From an uncultured bacterium (GTDB lineage Bacteria > UBA8481), in assembly GCA_964499705.1 (NCBI GenBank), contig CAZCME010000024.1, forward strand, positions 56,677 through 76,676: DNA of 20,000 nucleotides, read 5' to 3'. The notes below the pieces were generated by a model that saw only the letters and a list, made by a program, of their open reading frames with translations, made no database searches and had not been told where the DNA came from. Numbering within the stretch: position 1 is the first letter of the stretch; each line of letters begins with the position of its first letter. The position numbers and the translations under genes are program-made. Below, piece by piece: positions 16,509-20,000 of the stretch.

Positions 16509-17262
16509 CGGCGCGGCGAGCTCGCGCAGCTGGAAAGCCGGAAAGAGCGGGCTGCGATTCGCCCTCATCCTCGGCGCATCCGGATTCTTCCTCGGCGGCG
16601 TGATCGCGCTGGGAGTCATGCCGATGATGCCTCGGAATTTCTTCGCGGAGGAGTGGATCAATCCATCCTCATCGGACGGATCGCGAATCGTCGGTGAAGC
16701 ATTGAGCTCCGCGCCCGGATCATCGCCGCCCCCGGCCAGAAAAGATACTTCGTCCACGCGGGCGGGCATCATGCCGATGGTGGCTCCCGTATCGCTGCGG
16801 AAATCCACGGCGGACACGAAGCCTTCCTTATCTTCATCCGTGGACACGAGGACCGCGCCGGGACCCGGCATCGGGCCTTCCGAACCGGGAGGATATCGCC
16901 GCATCGGTTTCGACCTCCTTTCCTCCTTCGATTTCGACAAGGATGGGATCCCGCCTTCCATCAGGGATCTCGACGGCTTCAGGATCCGAATTCAGGGATA
17001 CATGCTGCCGATCGAGTTCGGAGTGAAGGGCCCAAAAAGTTTCCTCCTTCTTGTCGACCAGACCGGATGTTGTTACGGCGTGCCTCCCGAATTGAACGCC
17101 TGCGCCTATGTCGTCGCGAAGGGCGGCGGCGAGACGGAATATATTCCGGACGAGCCGATTTACGTCTATGGTCGACTTGTCGTGAAAGAATCCTACGAGG
17201 ATGGAACGCTCGCGTACATCTACAAGATCACATGCGACAAGATAGCCCGCGTCTACCCCTGA
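16492..17262 (+). CDS. DUF3299-family protein (ZrgD-like), copy 2, with TM anchor and Ser/Pro-rich linker
   Basis: LDGFRIRIQGYMLPI, FLLLVDQTGCCYGVPPELN, PIYVYGRL, YIYKI. Start is ATG 16492 or 16459. Confidence 0.78.
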   Translation: MKTPNSGAASSRSWKAGKSGLRFALILGASGFFLGGVIALGVMPMMPRNFFAEEWINPSSSDGSRIVGEALSSAPGSSPPPARKDTSSTRAGIMPMVAPVSLRKSTADTKPSLSSSVDTRTAPGPGIGPSEPGGYRRIGFDLLSSFDFDKDGIPPSIRDLDGFRIRIQGYMLPIEFGVKGPKSFLLLVDQTGCCYGVPPELNACAYVVAKGGGETEYIPDEPIYVYGRLVVKESYEDGTLAYIYKITCDKIARVYP

Positions 17263-17356
17263 TGGAAATCCAGTAAGAAAACAGGGGCGGAACCGACAGA
17301 TCATCGACCATAGGCACGGCATTCGATATGCTGAAATCACGAGAGGAGAATCAGCC

Positions 17357-17863
17357 ATGAATCAGAAAGCCACATTCGGAGGCGGATGCTTCTGGTGCCT
17401 CGAGGCGGTCTTCGAAAAACTCGACGGCGTGCTGGACGTTTCATCAGGTTATGCGGGGGGCCCGAATTCCAATCCCACCTATGAGGACGTCTGTTCCGGA
17501 AAAACCGGCCACGCGGAAGTCGTCCAGATCACGTTCGATCCCGCGAAGATAACGTTCGCTGCGCTCCTGGATGTCTTCTGGGAGTGCCACGATCCCACGA
17601 CGATGAACCGCCAGGGCGCCGACTCCGGCACGCAATACCGCTCGATCATTCTCTGTCACGACGCCGGGCAAAAAGCGGCGGCTGAACGATCACGCGACGC
17701 GGCGCAAGCGCACTGGCCGGAAAAGATCGTCACGGAGATCGCGCCCCTGACGACATTTTATCCGGCCGAGAGGTATCACCAGGACTACTACCGCAACAAT
17801 TCACATGCCCCGTATTGCATGATGGTGATCCGTCCGAAGCTGCGGAAGATGGGGATGGCATAG
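17357..17863 (+). CDS. msrA: Peptide-methionine (S)-S-oxide reductase
   Basis: GGGCFWC active site, GHAEVVQ, HDPTT.NRQG.D.GTQYRS, AERYHQDYY; GAGGAG SD. Confidence 0.96.
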   Translation: MNQKATFGGGCFWCLEAVFEKLDGVLDVSSGYAGGPNSNPTYEDVCSGKTGHAEVVQITFDPAKITFAALLDVFWECHDPTTMNRQGADSGTQYRSIILCHDAGQKAAAERSRDAAQAHWPEKIVTEIAPLTTFYPAERYHQDYYRNNSHAPYCMMVIRPKLRKMGMA

Positions 17864-18064
17864 GCAGGAGCGGCCCGACATTCCGCTTCAGAAGATCCAT
17901 GGCGGAAGACGGCGGGATGGATTCCAGGGAAGTCGCGACCAGTGCCGGTTCTGCCACTCGCATCAGCTCGTTGAAAGAACGGTCACATCCTGGGAGTCGG
18001 AAGCGAGGCGCACGAGGCTTTTGACACTTCGCCGAACAGGATGCAAAATACACGATCAGAGACA

Positions 18065-19519
18065 ATGACGAACGAACAGCAGTGGCATCTCCACACGCAG
18101 GACGGTCCCCAGGGTCCCTACACGACGACACAGCTCAAGCAATGGCTGGCGGCGGGCCAGATCACACCGCAGTGGTTTGTCTGGCAGGACGGATTCCCCG
18201 AATGGAAACCCATCTCCGATATCCCGGCATTGTCGGCACCCGCCGCTCCTGTCGCTCCGCCTCCGCCGCCGGCCGCTCCTCTGAAACCGGCGCCACCGGC
18301 TGCGAAGGAGAAAGAAGCCGAGCCGCTGGTGCCCGCGCCCGATCCATCGGCCGCCGGGACAAAGGCTCCTGTAAAGGCGAAAAAAGGCATGGGTCGGCGG
18401 GCCGTCAACATCCTCGGTATCGTTCTTGTCATCGCCGGAATCGCCGCAGGCGCGACCAAGGTCTTTGCCCCGGACATATTCGACACGCTGATCGGAACGC
18501 CGCCACCGCCGCCCGTCGTCGCGCCGCCCCGAAAGCCCGTCCCGCCGCCGCCGCCGCCGCTCGACGAATCCGCCCTGCCGGAGGAAATCCAGGCGGAGAA
18601 CGTCGTCATCGTCATCATCGACGGCCCGCGGTATTCCGAAACGTGGGGAGATACCGCGCATCGATATATTCCTCATATCTATAATGACCTTGCTCCCCAT
18701 GGAGTCGTCATCACGAATTTCCGGAACGAAGGCGTCACCAAGACCGTTCCCGGACATGTGGCACTCTGGACCGGCCACTACGAGAAGATCGGCAACGACG
18801 AGAACGTGACTCCCACGCACCCCGGCATGGGGCAGGTCATCATCAAGGAGAAGGACATGGCGCCCGATTCCGTCTGGATCATCGCCTCCAAGGACAAGAT
18901 CGATGTCCTCGCCACGAATTCCGATCCGGCCTGGAAGAACGCCGTGCCGCCGAAGACCCACACGGGCCGCAACGGCACAGGTAACGGCATCGCCGACGAT
19001 TCCGCGACCTATGAGAAGGCGATCGAGATCCTGAAACGAGATCGACCGCGCCTAGCGTTCATCCAGTTCAAGGAGCCCGACATCTCGGGCCACTCCAAGA
19101 AATGGGACTGGTATCTCGCCGGCTTGAAAGCCAGCGACGAGTTCGCGTGGAAGATCTGGCAATTCCTGGAATCCGACTCCCACTACGCGGGGCGCACGGC
19201 CTTCTTCATCACGAACGACCACGGACGCCATCTCGACGACGTCCTGGATAGCTTCGTGAGCCACGGCGACGACTGCGAAGGCTGCCGCCGCATCATCCTT
19301 TACGCCTCAGGCCCGGACTTCCAGAAAGGTGTCGTCGTGGAGAACAAGTGGGAACAGATCGACCTCGCCGTGACCGCGGCGCGCCTGCTGGGCGTCCGCC
19401 TCCCCGGCAGCACCGGCAAGATCATCGCCGATCTCTTCGCCGCCGCCACCGGCGCAAGCGACGCAGCGGAGACCGACACCGAACCTCAAGCGGACACCAA
19501 GCCCCAGAAAGCAAAGTAG
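18065..19519 (+). CDS. Membrane-anchored alkaline-phosphatase-superfamily protein with N-terminal GYF_2 (DUF4339) domain
   Basis: WHL...PQGPY..QL..W...GQITPQWFVWQDGFPEWKPI (GYF_2), Pro-rich linker, TM helix, then VIVIIDGPR, TVPGH, EPDISGH, TNDHGR, QIDLAVT. Start is 18065 or 18041. Confidence 0.8.
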   Translation: MTNEQQWHLHTQDGPQGPYTTTQLKQWLAAGQITPQWFVWQDGFPEWKPISDIPALSAPAAPVAPPPPPAAPLKPAPPAAKEKEAEPLVPAPDPSAAGTKAPVKAKKGMGRRAVNILGIVLVIAGIAAGATKVFAPDIFDTLIGTPPPPPVVAPPRKPVPPPPPPLDESALPEEIQAENVVIVIIDGPRYSETWGDTAHRYIPHIYNDLAPHGVVITNFRNEGVTKTVPGHVALWTGHYEKIGNDENVTPTHPGMGQVIIKEKDMAPDSVWIIASKDKIDVLATNSDPAWKNAVPPKTHTGRNGTGNGIADDSATYEKAIEILKRDRPRLAFIQFKEPDISGHSKKWDWYLAGLKASDEFAWKIWQFLESDSHYAGRTAFFITNDHGRHLDDVLDSFVSHGDDCEGCRRIILYASGPDFQKGVVVENKWEQIDLAVTAARLLGVRLPGSTGKIIADLFAAATGASDAAETDTEPQADTKPQKAK

Positions 19520-19550
19520 CTCTCCCATCCAGAAGCAAAAGCCTTCCCGC

Positions 19551-19579
19551 TTGCCTATTGCTCCACGCGTTGCTATCAT
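19551..19579 (+). promoter_or_regulatory. tRNA promoter TTGCCT-N17-TATCAT (extended -10)
   Basis: -35 at 19551-19556, TG at 19571-19572, -10 at 19574-19579, 15 nt before the tRNA. Confidence 0.6.
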
Positions 19580-19594
19580 TTTTCGCATCCGCAC

Positions 19595-19669
19595 GGCGGT
19601 ATCGTCTAACGGTCAGGACAGCGGCTTCTCAAGCCGTCAATCGGGGTTCGATTCCCCGTACCGCTACCA
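19595..19669 (+). tRNA. tRNA-Glu(CTC)
   Basis: Acceptor stem GGCGGTA/TACCGCT, anticodon arm GCGGC-TTCTCAA-GCCGT (CTC at 19628-19630), T arm CGGGG-TTCGATT-CCCCG, encoded CCA. Confidence 0.95.
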
Positions 19670-19772
19670 GTTTTCGTCGACGATAGCGATCTCACTACAG
19701 CACTTCACGCTCCCCTCCTCCACCAAAGGAAAACATACCGACGGGCCGGCGAGGGATTACTCCGGAGGTCGA

Positions 19773-20000
19773 CTACGGGATCCAGCCGGGCAATGCGGCG
19801 GCCTGTTTCACCCAGCTTGCCATCTGCGCCTCGTCAAGCTCGTCGCCTTCGTGAATGTCGAGGTAGCGATTGTCTTTGACCTTGCTGGGGCCGGGAGGGA
19901 CCGGTTTCAGCGACGTGCCTCGGAAGAAGGATACCTTGACGTAGCGGGTGAAGACGTGGAACCCCAGGAACCAGCCCTGGCCCTCGATGCCGTAGAACGG
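19773..20000 (-). CDS. DUF1801-family protein (3' part)
   Basis: Hand translation: PFYGIEGQGWFLGFHVFTRYVKVSFFRGTSLKPVPPG.SK....RYLDIHEGDELDEAQMASWVKQAAALPGWIP*. Confidence 0.75.
   Translation of the reverse strand, partial: PFYGIEGQGWFLGFHVFTRYVKVSFFRGTSLKPVPPGPSKVKDNRYLDIHEGDELDEAQMASWVKQAAALPGWIP

Noticed and set aside
7451-16961. Long antisense and alternate-frame ORFs (e.g. 7451-8947, 10985-12091, 13221-14210, 15456-16961)
   Set aside because: Shadow ORFs expected in high-GC DNA opposite well-supported genes; no family motifs.
17864-18040. Small ORF or ncRNA between msrA and the GYF_2 gene
   Set aside because: The overlapping ORFs have no recognisable motifs and I see no recognisable RNA family; only a possible TTGACA -35 at 18021-18026.
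19595-19772. tRNA-anchored genomic island or prophage attachment site
   Set aside because: No integrase and no duplicated tRNA 3' end noticed within the window.

Overview
GC-rich chromosomal window from a diderm bacterium, probably a draft or metagenome assembly (100-N scaffold gap at 1030-1129). In order: partial YfbK-like VWA gene (-); an SOS-type cassette (LexA/UmuD-like HTH protein plus DinB-type Y-family polymerase, joined only across the gap); the F0+delta half of an F-type ATP synthase operon (atpZ-atpI-atpB-atpE-atpF-atpH, with no atpA/G/D/C following); a two-domain CDGSH [2Fe-2S] protein; and an ~11.6 kb transition-metal homeostasis locus. The metal locus holds a DUF2946-like RSPP leader ORF, an outer-membrane barrel, a ZnuACB-type ABC importer, a Fur-family regulator, an RcnA/NicO-like transporter, a Zrg-like MacB/FtsX ABC system, a His-rich lipoprotein and two DUF3299 proteins, and is interrupted by a CBM41-like/GH63-like glycosidase. 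It is followed by msrA, a GYF_2/alkaline-phosphatase-superfamily membrane protein, tRNA-Glu(CTC) and a partial DUF1801 gene (-). The best candidate for an undescribed system is two-tier control of metal uptake: a shared AATGATAA-N4-TT[A/C]TCATT palindrome before both metal operons, plus an apparently leaderless His/Cys-rich RSPP arrest-type peptide whose stop-codon region is complementary to the ribosome-binding site of the downstream outer-membrane gene. All family assignments come from motif recognition by eye; no searches were run.
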